A stretch of DNA of 40,366 nt from an uncultured bacterium (lineage in GTDB: Bacteria; SAR324; NAC60-12). Made by a program: the position numbers and the translations under genes. Within the stretch, counting starts at the first letter, position 1. The number at the start of each line of letters is the position of its first letter. The stretch is taken from the NCBI GenBank assembly GCA_965662235.1, contig CBFIGY010000027.1:1-40366 (forward strand). Direction: 5' to 3'. This document shows positions 26,542-35,562 of this stretch, in pieces. The notes under the pieces are model-generated. The model had not been told where the DNA came from and searched no databases. It saw nothing but the letters and a program-made list of their open reading frames with translations.

Positions 26542-26622
26542 GCTTCCTTTTCTCTTGCAGCTCCCCCAAGAAGCTGAAATGGTGTGCGCTGCGCAACAAC
26601 CCCTTTCCACCTGGAGCCCGCC

Positions 26623-27993
26623 ATGCCACGCCTGACCATCACGGAACCTGCTCGAGAAATTGATGTCATCCACACCACCGATGTCCTCGTCGTCGGTTCC
26701 GGACCCGGAGGCCTGGCTGCAGCGCTTGCTGCCGCCCGCTGTGGTGTGGAGGTGACCCTGGTGGAACGCTTTGGCTGCTTCGGTGGCAACATCACCGTTG
26801 TTGGGGTCGAAGGCATGGCCTGGTACCGGCACGAACAGACCGTGGAGGCCAACGGCATCGGACGCGAGTTTGAGGAGCGCGCCCATGCGGCTGGCGCCGC
26901 CGTGCAGGAATCGCAGTCCCTCTCCTATGAGCTCGACTCCGAAGGCTTCAAGGTGGTTGCCGATCAGCTGGTGGAAGAGGCCGGGATCCACCCCATGCTC
27001 CACCGCCTCTTTGTGGCTCCCATCCTTGAAGGCAACACCATCAAGGGCATCATCACCGAGTCCAAGGCTGGACGTGAGGCCATTCTGGCGAAACGGGTCA
27101 TTGATGCCACCGGAGATGCCGACGTGGCCTTCCGGGCCGGTGTGCCCACCTACCACACGCCCAAGGAGGCGATGATGGCGGTGTCTGTCATGTTCCACCT
27201 CGCCGGAGTCGACCGGAAGCGTTTCATGGAAGGGGTTCGGCAGGATCCGCAGACCTACAAGGACTGGGAAGGCAACGGAGAGTGGAGCATTGAAACCACC
27301 GGCAAGGAAGACCACCTCTTCTCCCCCTTCATCCGCAAGCCCTTTGCCCAGGCGATTGAGGCCGGGCTGATGCCACCGCACCTGACCACCATCTCCGGAA
27401 CCTGGGGGGCGCTGCATGAAACCGGTGAGCTGACGTACATGAACCTTGTCCACCTCGACGCCTGTGATGGCACCGACCCGAACGACCTCACTCACGGTGA
27501 GATCGAGGGACGCCGGCAGGTGATGCTGGCCATTGACGCCCTCCGCCGGTACATGCCCGGGTGTGAAACGGCTCGGCTCCGGAACTTTGGCATGACCCTC
27601 GGCATCCGGGACACCCGCAAGGTCGCGACCCACTACCAGATGACCGCCCAGGACGTCCGGGAGGAGGGACGGTTTGAAGACAGCATCGGCATCTACCCTG
27701 AGTTCATTGATGGGTACGGGTACCTCATCCTTCCCACCACAGGAAGGTACTTCCAGATTCCCTACCGGAACCTCCTTCCTCCCAAGGTGGAGAACCTCCT
27801 GATTGCGGGCAGAAGCACCGGTGGAGACCGGGTCAGTCATGCGGCCACCCGGAACATGAGCTGCTGCGCGGTCACCGGTCAAGGTGCCGGGGTCGCTGCG
27901 GCACTTTCGCTACACGAAGGCTGCGGACTCCAGGAGGTTCCTGTGTCGGCGCTGCAGCAGGCCATTCAGGCCCAGGGGGTACGGATTCACTGA
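26623..27993 (+). CDS. FAD-dependent oxidoreductase (FAD_oxidored type), substrate unknown
   Basis: DVLVVGSGPGG, VIDATGDADVA, QIPYR.L.P..VENLLIAGR, TGQGAGVAAA; GGAG RBS before ATG 26623. Confidence 0.9.
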   Translation: MPRLTITEPAREIDVIHTTDVLVVGSGPGGLAAALAAARCGVEVTLVERFGCFGGNITVVGVEGMAWYRHEQTVEANGIGREFEERAHAAGAAVQESQSLSYELDSEGFKVVADQLVEEAGIHPMLHRLFVAPILEGNTIKGIITESKAGREAILAKRVIDATGDADVAFRAGVPTYHTPKEAMMAVSVMFHLAGVDRKRFMEGVRQDPQTYKDWEGNGEWSIETTGKEDHLFSPFIRKPFAQAIEAGLMPPHLTTISGTWGALHETGELTYMNLVHLDACDGTDPNDLTHGEIEGRRQVMLAIDALRRYMPGCETARLRNFGMTLGIRDTRKVATHYQMTAQDVREEGRFEDSIGIYPEFIDGYGYLILPTTGRYFQIPYRNLLPPKVENLLIAGRSTGGDRVSHAATRNMSCCAVTGQGAGVAAALSLHEGCGLQEVPVSALQQAIQAQGVRIH

Positions 27994-28042
27994 GCCGGCT
28001 CCGCAAATCTACAGATTGTCCTCCTCACGCCTTGCAGCACAC

Positions 28043-28066
28043 AATTGAGGATTGCTGACCTCAATT
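28043..28066. promoter_or_regulatory. Perfect inverted repeat AATTGAGG-N8-CCTCAATT upstream of the DUF2892 gene
   Basis: Seen directly, ends just before the AAGGAG RBS. Confidence 0.45.
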
Positions 28067-28083
28067 TGACAAGGAGTTGACTG

Positions 28084-28269
28084 ATGAAAGGAAATGTTGG
28101 CGGAACCGACCGCATCCTTCGAGTGGTAGTGGGCGTGGTGCTCCTCGCCACCGCAATCCTCACCAAACAGACCTGGGCCCTCATTGGCCTGGTGCCGTTT
28201 CTGACCGGAGTCCTGGGCTGGTGCCCCGCTTACCTGCCCCTCGGCTTTTCAAGCAACCGCTCCGCCTAG
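28084..28269 (+). CDS. DUF2892 (YgaP-like) small membrane protein
   Basis: 'NVG.TDR.LR...G' and 'TG..GWCPAY..LG.SS' signature; AAGGAG RBS. Confidence 0.88.
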   Translation: MKGNVGGTDRILRVVVGVVLLATAILTKQTWALIGLVPFLTGVLGWCPAYLPLGFSSNRSA

Positions 28270-29054
28270 GCCCCCTCCCCTCCTGGCAGGTCCGTCTCCA
28301 GAAACCGACGGGCCACCACCAGCGCCTGGACCTTCCGGGCGCCTGCCGCTTTCAGCGTCCGAGCCACTTCCTGAAGCGTTGCTCCGGTGGTCATGACGTC
28401 ATCCACCAACCAGATCGACTGTCCAGCAACCTCCGGACGGGCCACAAAGGCCTGCTTCGGGTTCTGCTGACGGGCCACCCCGCTCAGCTCCACCTGCGGA
28501 CGCGTGGGACGGGAGCGCTGAAGCCAGTGGGGTTTCAGCGACAGCGTTGACGCCTTCAGGTGCTGCGCCAGCAGAAGGGACTGGTTGAACCCACGGAACC
28601 GGAGCCGAGACGGATGCAGCGGAACCGGAATCAGCACTTCTGTTTCTGCAGAGGCGCGGCGCCAAGTGGCCTGCAGCAACGCTGCCAGCAGAGGGGCCAG
28701 CGCGTCGTGACCACCGTATTTGAACCGCACCACCCACGAACGGACGGGCTCCTCATACGCACATGCGGCCTGAACCGCATCCAGAGGCCCCGGATGAACC
28801 GCACACGCCGAACAGAAGGTCCCGGTTTGCGGGAGGCCACAGCGGGAACACACCTGAGCCGGATTGACCCAAGGCAACAGACGCTCGCAGCGGGGACAGA
28901 GAAAACGGGAAGGGGAGGACAGAGAAAGGAACGTCCGGCAGTGCCAGCAGGCAGCCGGAAGCAGCGATGCGGCCCACCGGAGGACTCCAGAGCGGACCTG
29001 AGGCAAAGCCGGGATAAATGGTGAATCCGTGGAGGGAAGCTTGCGTGTCTCCAC
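28266..29054 (-). CDS. comF: ComF family protein (double Zn ribbon + PRTase fold)
   Basis: Four CxxC pairs, FKY, PVPLH..R...RGFNQS, LVDDVMTTGATL; start uncertain. Confidence 0.9.
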   Translation of the reverse strand: METRKLPSTDSPFIPALPQVRSGVLRWAASLLPAACWHCRTFLSLSSPSRFLCPRCERLLPWVNPAQVCSRCGLPQTGTFCSACAVHPGPLDAVQAACAYEEPVRSWVVRFKYGGHDALAPLLAALLQATWRRASAETEVLIPVPLHPSRLRFRGFNQSLLLAQHLKASTLSLKPHWLQRSRPTRPQVELSGVARQQNPKQAFVARPEVAGQSIWLVDDVMTTGATLQEVARTLKAAGARKVQALVVARRFLETDLPGGEGA

Positions 29055-29113
29055 AAGAAGACTTATAGTTTCTCTTCCTTAATAACGACCTACACCCAAG
29101 AGATTCTCAGAAG

Positions 29114-29314
29114 ATGATCGTCGAAGAAAGCTTTGTCGTCAAAGTTTATGGAGTGATCGGACACAGCGGCCACGTGGAGCTGGAAGTGCCTTCCACCCTG
29201 CTGCAGGAAGGAAAGGTCCTTGAGATCCGGAACCGACGCTACAAGATCCTCTCCCTCATCTTTCATGAGGACCGGCCTCAGGCCGTCAACATTGGCTCCG
29301 TTGACGCCTTCTAA
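29114..29314 (+). CDS. Small hypothetical protein (66 aa, beta-rich)
   Basis: Fills the gap between minus-strand genes, coding-like codon use. Confidence 0.6.
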   Translation: MIVEESFVVKVYGVIGHSGHVELEVPSTLLQEGKVLEIRNRRYKILSLIFHEDRPQAVNIGSVDAF

Positions 29315-29338
29315 CGCCTCTGCCACGGACGTTCCGGG

Positions 29339-29659
29339 TCACTCGCGGGCGTTCCGCATCTCCTCTGCCACCTGCAACTCGCGGGTGCGTCGCGACACGG
29401 GGGTCTTACAACGGACCTCCAGTCCTGTCACAATCTTACGTTCCAGCGGATCACGTCCCACGAGTTCCTTCGAGTAATCCGTCTTCAGCACCTCAAAGTC
29501 TCCCCGGCACAGGTCCCCAGCCTGCAGCATGCAACGGCTGATGTCATTGCACTCCAAAACATGCCGTTCGCCCCAAGGCATCTGAGGAATGTCCCGGGCA
29601 GGAGGGGTACTTGAGCAGCCCAGCAGTCCCAGGACCAACAGCCCCTTAAGTCCGGTCAA
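29339..29659 (-). CDS. Small hypothetical lipoprotein with four additional Cys
   Basis: Lipobox LLG-C; 'C....RC...AG.LC...FEVL...VRC' pattern; TTG 29659, overlapping the dGTPase stop, is the preferred start (ATG 29695 or 29710 possible). Confidence 0.65.
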   Translation of the reverse strand: MTGLKGLLVLGLLGCSSTPPARDIPQMPWGERHVLECNDISRCMLQAGDLCRGDFEVLKTDYSKELVGRDPLERKIVTGLEVRCKTPVSRRTRELQVAEEMRNARE

Positions 29660-30959
29660 AGACCGAGCCCTGCCGAGGAATGAAGAGGCGCTCATACGTT
29701 CGGTTTGCATACTGGTCCGTCATTCCAGAGATGTAGTCGCACAGCACCCGAGCCTGTTCTGCAGGAGTGGTGGCGACTTCCCAGTCCTGTCGAAATCCGG
29801 CAGGCAGGAGGTTTCCGGGATCCGAGTGGAGAGCATCAAAGAGGGCCATGATGATCTGGTGTCCCCGGTAGGTCGCTGCCTGCACGGTGTTCAGGCAAAT
29901 GATGTGCCGGAAGGCAATGGCCTTGAAGGCCTCCAGCAGCGTCGCTGCAGCATCCGGCAACCGAACGTTCCAGGCCAAGAGGGGTTCCACAAAGGCCTCA
30001 TCCCGGACTAGCTCCACCGAGGTCACCAGCGCATTGACCAGTGCCCCAACGGCCTGTTTGCGTCTGGAGCCCCCCGAAAGCAGCTGTTCCGTCAAGGCCT
30101 CCGGATCCAGTTCGTGCGTTGCCAGCCAGTCCGGATCAGCGGCTTCCCAGACCGCCTCACAGTGCTCACGGTGCAGCAGCCGCAGGGCCAACCCGTCTTC
30201 AAAGTCGTGGATCCCGTAGGCGATGTCGTCCGCCAGTTCCATGAGCGAGGCATCTAGGGACTTGAAGCACGCCTGCCCGTGCGTGTGACGCTGTGCCGGG
30301 GTGCTCTGCTGAAAGCGGTCACGGTCGGCCGGACCCAGCGGCGCCAGGATCCAGTCCACGGCAGCCGCCTCGGTGTCTAGGTAGCACTTGGGCGGATGCC
30401 AATCGGTGCGGCGGATCTGACGGGGCAGCGGCGGTCGAGGAGGCTCCTCGAGTCGGTTGACCTGTTGGTAGGGCACCGGATACTTCAGCACCCCCAGCAG
30501 CGCCCGGCGGGTCAGGTTGAGGCCCAATTGCGGCGTGTGGGACTCCAGCAGCGTCAGCAGCCTCAGGGTCTGCCCGTTGCCTTCGAAGCCTCCGAGTCCG
30601 GACATGACGCAGTTGAGGGCCACCTCGCCTCCGTGTCCGAAGGGCGGATGCCCCAGGTCGTGGGCCAATCCCACGGTTTCCATGAGTTCCAGGGTGGGCA
30701 GCTCCTCGGATCGTTCCGGATGCCGATGCTGTAGAACCAGCACCAGCCCCCGACCGATTTGAGCCACCTCCATGGAGTGCGTCAGGCGGGTGCGGTGAAA
30801 GTCCCCTTCCTGTCCTCCCAGGATCTGCGTCTTGGCCTGCAGACGCCGGAACGCCGCCGAGTGAATCACCCGTGCCCGGTCCCGTTCATAGGCGAGCCGC
30901 GGGTCTCCGGGACGGGAGACGTCCTGCTCAGACTGACGTGTGCTCCAGACTCCGGACAT
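29646..30959 (-). CDS. dgt: HD-domain dGTP triphosphohydrolase (dGTPase)
   Basis: RDRARVIHSAAFRRLQAKTQ, RTRLTHS.EVAQ, HDLGHPPFGHGGE, FEGNGQ, ADDIAY..HD.EDG, DYISGMTD. Confidence 0.93.
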   Translation of the reverse strand: MSGVWSTRQSEQDVSRPGDPRLAYERDRARVIHSAAFRRLQAKTQILGGQEGDFHRTRLTHSMEVAQIGRGLVLVLQHRHPERSEELPTLELMETVGLAHDLGHPPFGHGGEVALNCVMSGLGGFEGNGQTLRLLTLLESHTPQLGLNLTRRALLGVLKYPVPYQQVNRLEEPPRPPLPRQIRRTDWHPPKCYLDTEAAAVDWILAPLGPADRDRFQQSTPAQRHTHGQACFKSLDASLMELADDIAYGIHDFEDGLALRLLHREHCEAVWEAADPDWLATHELDPEALTEQLLSGGSRRKQAVGALVNALVTSVELVRDEAFVEPLLAWNVRLPDAAATLLEAFKAIAFRHIICLNTVQAATYRGHQIIMALFDALHSDPGNLLPAGFRQDWEVATTPAEQARVLCDYISGMTDQYANRTYERLFIPRQGSVFDRT

Positions 30960-30963
30960 GACT

Positions 30964-31494
30964 TTAGAAGGGGAGGCTGCTCCAGAAGAACCGCAGGAAC
31001 TCTGAGTCCATGCGGTGCTTGGGCATTTCCTCAATGATGCGGTGCAGCTCATCAACGTCCTGCTCCCGGATGGAAATCACCAGTTGCAGCAGCAGTTCCA
31101 GTTGATCCAGCGTGACCCCCAGCAGCTTGGCGCAGTTCATGATGAACTGCCGCTCCTTCGGGTGGAACTCCTCATCCGACCAAGCCACCATGATCAGGTC
31201 AATCATCAAGGACGCGCCACGTCGGTCAAAAAACGCCACCAGGGCCTTGCGGAGGTCATCCTCGGCAGGCTGCTCCACGTACTTGATGAGCTTCCCCACC
31301 GTTCCGTTGGGCAGGTCCAGCAATGAGACCATCCGGTGCAGGTAGTCGATTTCCTCATCCATGATGACGTCATCAGCGTCAATCAGCAGCGTCAGGATCT
31401 GCAGGTAGCGGAAACGATCCTCCTCGCTGGAAGACAGCAGAGGATGCGGGACAGCCACTAAAGGCCACTGAGGAGAGAGTTCGGTCGGATCCAT
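30964..31494 (-). CDS. TerB-like protein with two TerB half-repeats
   Basis: 'LIDADDVIMDEEIDYL....LL.L' and 'VAWSDEEFHPKERQFI...AKLLGV' match the TerB (A/S)D.....E pattern twice. Confidence 0.7.
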   Translation of the reverse strand: MDPTELSPQWPLVAVPHPLLSSSEEDRFRYLQILTLLIDADDVIMDEEIDYLHRMVSLLDLPNGTVGKLIKYVEQPAEDDLRKALVAFFDRRGASLMIDLIMVAWSDEEFHPKERQFIMNCAKLLGVTLDQLELLLQLVISIREQDVDELHRIIEEMPKHRMDSEFLRFFWSSLPF

Positions 31495-31510
31495 ACGGGG
31501 TCTCAACGAT

Positions 31511-33961
31511 TCAGGGTGATTCGGAAAGGTCCAGGCCGAGCGCAAGCTTGGCTACTTCTTCATAGTGACGCACAAAGTGTACCTCCAGCTCCTTCTTCAG
31601 GGAGTCCGGAAGTTCCGCATACTGGGCACGGTTCGGCTCAGGGAGCAAAACGGTCTTGACCCCAGCCAAACGGGCGCCCACCAGCTTTTCACGAATGCCG
31701 CCCACGGGCAGGACCTGCCCGGTCAGCGTGATCTCTCCTGTCATTGCCAGATCCGGCGTCACCGGCTGTTCCAGGAACAGCGACAGCAGGGCCGTCGCCA
31801 TGGCAATCCCGGCAGAAGGGCCATCCTTCGGAGTCGCGCCTTCAGGAACATGGAGGTGAATCGCACGCTGATGCAGCGGACGGGGACGTCCAGACGGCTT
31901 CAGCCTCAAGGATTGAATGTAGCTATAGGCAATCCGTGAGGACTCCAGCATGACCTCTCCCAATTGTCCGGTCAGCCGCAGGCGGTCTCCAGAGGCATCG
32001 GGCAGGCGAATGGCCTCAATGGGCAGAACCTCGCCTCCTACGGGAGTCCACGCCAGCCCTCGCACCACTCCGGGGCGCCCCTCGGCCTGATACACGTCCC
32101 GCATCGTGTCCGGGGGTCCCAGCAGTTCTTGCAGCAGAGGCACATCCACCACCATCCGCTTGCGCGTTCCAGAGACAATCTCCAGCGCCGACTTCCGGAG
32201 GAGGCTCTTGAGCCGTCGCTCCAGCCCCCGGATGCCCACCTCCTGAGAGTAGTGGCTGACCAGGTGCGCGATCGCTTCCGGCTTGAGGCGGAACTGACGG
32301 GCGGTCAACCCGGCTTCCTTCATCTGCTTGGGAATGAGGTACTTGCGGGTGATCTCTTCCTTCTCCTCCGGAATGTACCCCGGCAGGCGCAGCACCTCCA
32401 TGCGGTCCAGGAGCGCTGCAGGAAGCGTTTCCAGCGTGTTTGCAGTGGCAATGAAGAGGACGTTGGAGAGATCGAAGCGCAGGTCGAGGTAGTGGTCCAG
32501 GAAGTCTCGGTTCTGCTCCGGATCCAGGATCTCCAGCAAGACGGCCTGCGGATCACCCCGGAAGCCACCGCGACCGACCTTGTCGATTTCATCGAGCAGG
32601 ATCACCGGGTTGGCCGCCTGCGTCTGACGCAAGGCCTGAATGAGACGTCCGGGCATCGCGCCCACGTACGTCCGACGGTGCCCCTTCAGCTCGCTTTCGT
32701 CTCCCAAACCGCCAACGGAGAAGCGGTAGAACTCGCGACCAAGGGACTTGGCAATGGAGCGGCCAAGCGACGTTTTGCCGACGCCAGGAGGCCCCACCAA
32801 GCAGATGATCGCGCCCTTGAGCGTGCCCTTGAGCTGACGGACTGCAATGAACTCTAGGATGCGCTTCTTCACATCCTCTAGGCCGTAGTGATCGGATTCC
32901 AGCACCTTCCGAGCGTGCTTGAGGTCCAGGCGATCAGCGGTGAACTCATTCCATGGCAGCGACGACACGAGGTCGAGGTACTGGTGCAGGGTTTGGAGCT
33001 CAGGCGAGTTTTCTTCCAGCATGGCGTACCGTCGGAGCTCCTCTCCCACCCGGGACTCTGCTTCCTCAGGAAGGCTCTTGGCCTCCAGACGTTCCGCGAA
33101 GCGTTGCAGCTCCAGCGTCTTCCGGTCTTGTTCTAGGCCCAGCTCCCGCTGAATCTCCCGCAGCTGCTCCCGGAGGAAGAACTCCCGCTGGTGCTTGGAG
33201 ACCCGCTCATCAATCTTCTGGCTGATCTCCTCCTTGAGGAGGCTCAGGTCATACTCCTCCCGCAGCAGCAGCAGCGTCTGCTCCATCCGCTTGGCCAAGT
33301 CGGTGGTTTCCAGAATCTTCTGCAGGTCCCCGCTCTTGGCGTTGGTCATGGACGCGGCGAGGTCCGTCAGCATCGCCGGTTCGTTGATGTCGACCTGGTT
33401 GAGGAGCATGTACATCTCCTGCGAGAAGGTCGGGTTGTAGGGGATGATGTCCTTGAGGGTGGACATGATGGCTGCGGCCGAGGCCTTCAGCTCATCCGTC
33501 ATCGGCGGCTTGCTTTCCTCTAGGTACGAGGCCCGGGCCAAGAAGTGTCCCTGGTCTCGACTAAAGCGCCCCACCTGGAAGCGCTGGAGGGTGCTGATCA
33601 TGAACTGACAGCTCTCGTCCGGAAGCTCCACCCAGTGCAGGATGTACCCTAGGGTTCCGACGCGGTGCAGCTGAGACGCCGAGCGCGGGCGCCGCTGCTC
33701 CAGATCCGTGTCCTCCACATTGCGACGCACCATGATCAGGCCCACCATCTTCTCCTCATGGTAGGAATCCCGCAGCCAGCGGCTGGTCTCCGGATCTGCA
33801 CCAATGGTCGTGAGGATGCCCGGGAAGACGGGACGCTGGTACACCGGCAGCACCGGAACCTGCTCGGGGAGGTCCGAGGTCGTGATGACGGTCCCTTCCG
33901 AGTCCACGAGAAGGATGCGGTCGCGCTTGGAGACGCGGGGGGTATTTTTTGTCTGGGCCAT
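31511..33961 (-). CDS. lon: ATP-dependent Lon protease (LonA)
   Basis: N-domain LPV..RPVFPG, GPPGVGKTS, GHRRTYVGAMPG, LLDEIDK, catalytic PKDGPSAG and GGIREK; ATG 33961. Confidence 0.96.
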   Translation of the reverse strand: MAQTKNTPRVSKRDRILLVDSEGTVITTSDLPEQVPVLPVYQRPVFPGILTTIGADPETSRWLRDSYHEEKMVGLIMVRRNVEDTDLEQRRPRSASQLHRVGTLGYILHWVELPDESCQFMISTLQRFQVGRFSRDQGHFLARASYLEESKPPMTDELKASAAAIMSTLKDIIPYNPTFSQEMYMLLNQVDINEPAMLTDLAASMTNAKSGDLQKILETTDLAKRMEQTLLLLREEYDLSLLKEEISQKIDERVSKHQREFFLREQLREIQRELGLEQDRKTLELQRFAERLEAKSLPEEAESRVGEELRRYAMLEENSPELQTLHQYLDLVSSLPWNEFTADRLDLKHARKVLESDHYGLEDVKKRILEFIAVRQLKGTLKGAIICLVGPPGVGKTSLGRSIAKSLGREFYRFSVGGLGDESELKGHRRTYVGAMPGRLIQALRQTQAANPVILLDEIDKVGRGGFRGDPQAVLLEILDPEQNRDFLDHYLDLRFDLSNVLFIATANTLETLPAALLDRMEVLRLPGYIPEEKEEITRKYLIPKQMKEAGLTARQFRLKPEAIAHLVSHYSQEVGIRGLERRLKSLLRKSALEIVSGTRKRMVVDVPLLQELLGPPDTMRDVYQAEGRPGVVRGLAWTPVGGEVLPIEAIRLPDASGDRLRLTGQLGEVMLESSRIAYSYIQSLRLKPSGRPRPLHQRAIHLHVPEGATPKDGPSAGIAMATALLSLFLEQPVTPDLAMTGEITLTGQVLPVGGIREKLVGARLAGVKTVLLPEPNRAQYAELPDSLKKELEVHFVRHYEEVAKLALGLDLSESP

Positions 33962-34178
33962 GAATTTAGAAAAAGTAGGCGGGCGATGGGAGTGAGAAGT
34001 CGTTCCCCTAGAAGTCAGCAGATGGTCGCTAGCGTAGTCAATCCCTTCAGAAGGGTCAATTCCGTTCAACACTTCCGTGGTGTTTCTCGTTCAGAGCGAG
34101 TACCCTCAGAAGAAACAACGTCCTTCCGACCCTGATCGGCCCTCCGGCACAGGGTTTTCTCCGGTTCCAACGGCTGGC

Positions 34179-35348
34179 ATGACTGCTCCTGATCCTCCGT
34201 CCTTTTCACAGCAGGACTTTAGCATCCTCATGATCAACACCGTGATGGTGTTTGCGGTGCTCTACACCCCTCAGCCCCTGCTGCCGCTGCTGGCCCGGGA
34301 GTTTCAGGTGTCAAGCAGTCACGCCGGGCTGCTGATGGCGCTGGCGCTGTTTCCCATGGCAGTGGCTCCGTTGCTCTACGGGCACGTGGTCGAGCGTTGG
34401 TCCGCCCGCCGGGTCCTCAACAGCGCCCTCCCGCTGATGGCCGCCACCGAGCTGCTGTTCTGGTGGGCTCCCAGCTTCACCTGGCTGCTGGTCGGACGCC
34501 TGCTGCAGGGCCTGCTGCTGCCTGCTGCCATCACGGCCCTGATGACCTGGACCAGCAACCTTGCATCCCCAGCCCGGGTCCGGCAGGTGATGGGAACCTA
34601 CATCGCCCTCACCATCGTCGGGGGCTTCTCCGGACGAGCCGTCACCGGTGCTCTCACTGACGGCCTGGGCTGGCGCAGCGCCTTCCTCTTCTGGGGAGCC
34701 GGCCTGCTGCTCGGGTGGCTGCTCCTCAACCGCATTCCCCGCGATCCGCAGACCCAGTTCCGGCGCCTCCCCTGGAACGCCTTGGGGCAGGTTCTCAAGC
34801 AACGCGCCTTCCTTCAGCCTTACCTAACGACCTTCCTTCTCTTTGTGGGCTTTTCCGGACTCCTCAACGCCCTTCCGTTTCGACTCAAGGCTCTCAACCC
34901 GGAGCTTTCAGAGTCCCTGGTGTCCCTCGTCTACCTGGGATACCTGATGGGCGCCCTGATGTCCGTCAACGCCGAACGCCTCACCCGTTGGACCGGAGGG
35001 GCCTTGGGCAACATCCGCTGGGGCCTGCTCAGCTTTGGGCTTGGACTGGGGCTGCTGCTGCTGCCTCAGCCGGGAATCGCCTATGGCGCCATGTTCGTCT
35101 TCAGCGGAGGCTTCTTCCTCACCCACGCGACCCTTTCCGGAATGGTCAACCAGCAGGCTCAGGACAACCGAGGCGTGGTCAATGGCCTCTACCTCGCCTT
35201 CTACTACGGGGGCGGCGCCTCCGGATCCTATGGGCCCCTGTTGGTCTACCACCAATGGGGCTGGCTGCCCTTCTTGGCCGTGGTGGCTTGCTGTGCCGGA
35301 CTGGCATTGGGACTGAACCTGCTGCTTCCCCCACCCATGCCCCGTTGA
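34179..35348 (+). CDS. MFS transporter, YnfM-like
   Basis: About 12 TM helices, 'LYTPQPLLP', 'GRLLQG', 'MGTYI....GGFSGR', 'GLYLAFYY.GG'. Confidence 0.88.
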   Translation: MTAPDPPSFSQQDFSILMINTVMVFAVLYTPQPLLPLLAREFQVSSSHAGLLMALALFPMAVAPLLYGHVVERWSARRVLNSALPLMAATELLFWWAPSFTWLLVGRLLQGLLLPAAITALMTWTSNLASPARVRQVMGTYIALTIVGGFSGRAVTGALTDGLGWRSAFLFWGAGLLLGWLLLNRIPRDPQTQFRRLPWNALGQVLKQRAFLQPYLTTFLLFVGFSGLLNALPFRLKALNPELSESLVSLVYLGYLMGALMSVNAERLTRWTGGALGNIRWGLLSFGLGLGLLLLPQPGIAYGAMFVFSGGFFLTHATLSGMVNQQAQDNRGVVNGLYLAFYYGGGASGSYGPLLVYHQWGWLPFLAVVACCAGLALGLNLLLPPPMPR

Positions 35349-35562
35349 CTGTTCCTGCCTCAAACGCCCTGGAGCACGGCTGAAAGAAGCCTCGTTGCCG
35401 GGAACGATGTGACAGCGCCCGGTGAATCTGATAGATTCGAAGCAGCACTGTTTTTAAAGCGGGCCTCCGCCGAATCGCACCTCTTGAAGCGGCCCCCCTG
35501 TTGCCGTGCAGGTGCCTTCGCCTGAAGGGTCCCTCTCTGTCCCCTTGAGCCTTCTAGTCTCC

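Noticed and set aside
26146..27882. 578-aa minus-strand ORF, and similar long antisense ORFs such as 19709-20707 and 31964-32857
   Set aside because: Antisense shadows of well-supported genes, expected with high GC3; no motifs
31511..33961. Lon as BREX BrxL
   Set aside because: It has the full LonA architecture with N-domain, and no pglX/pglZ/brxC genes are present
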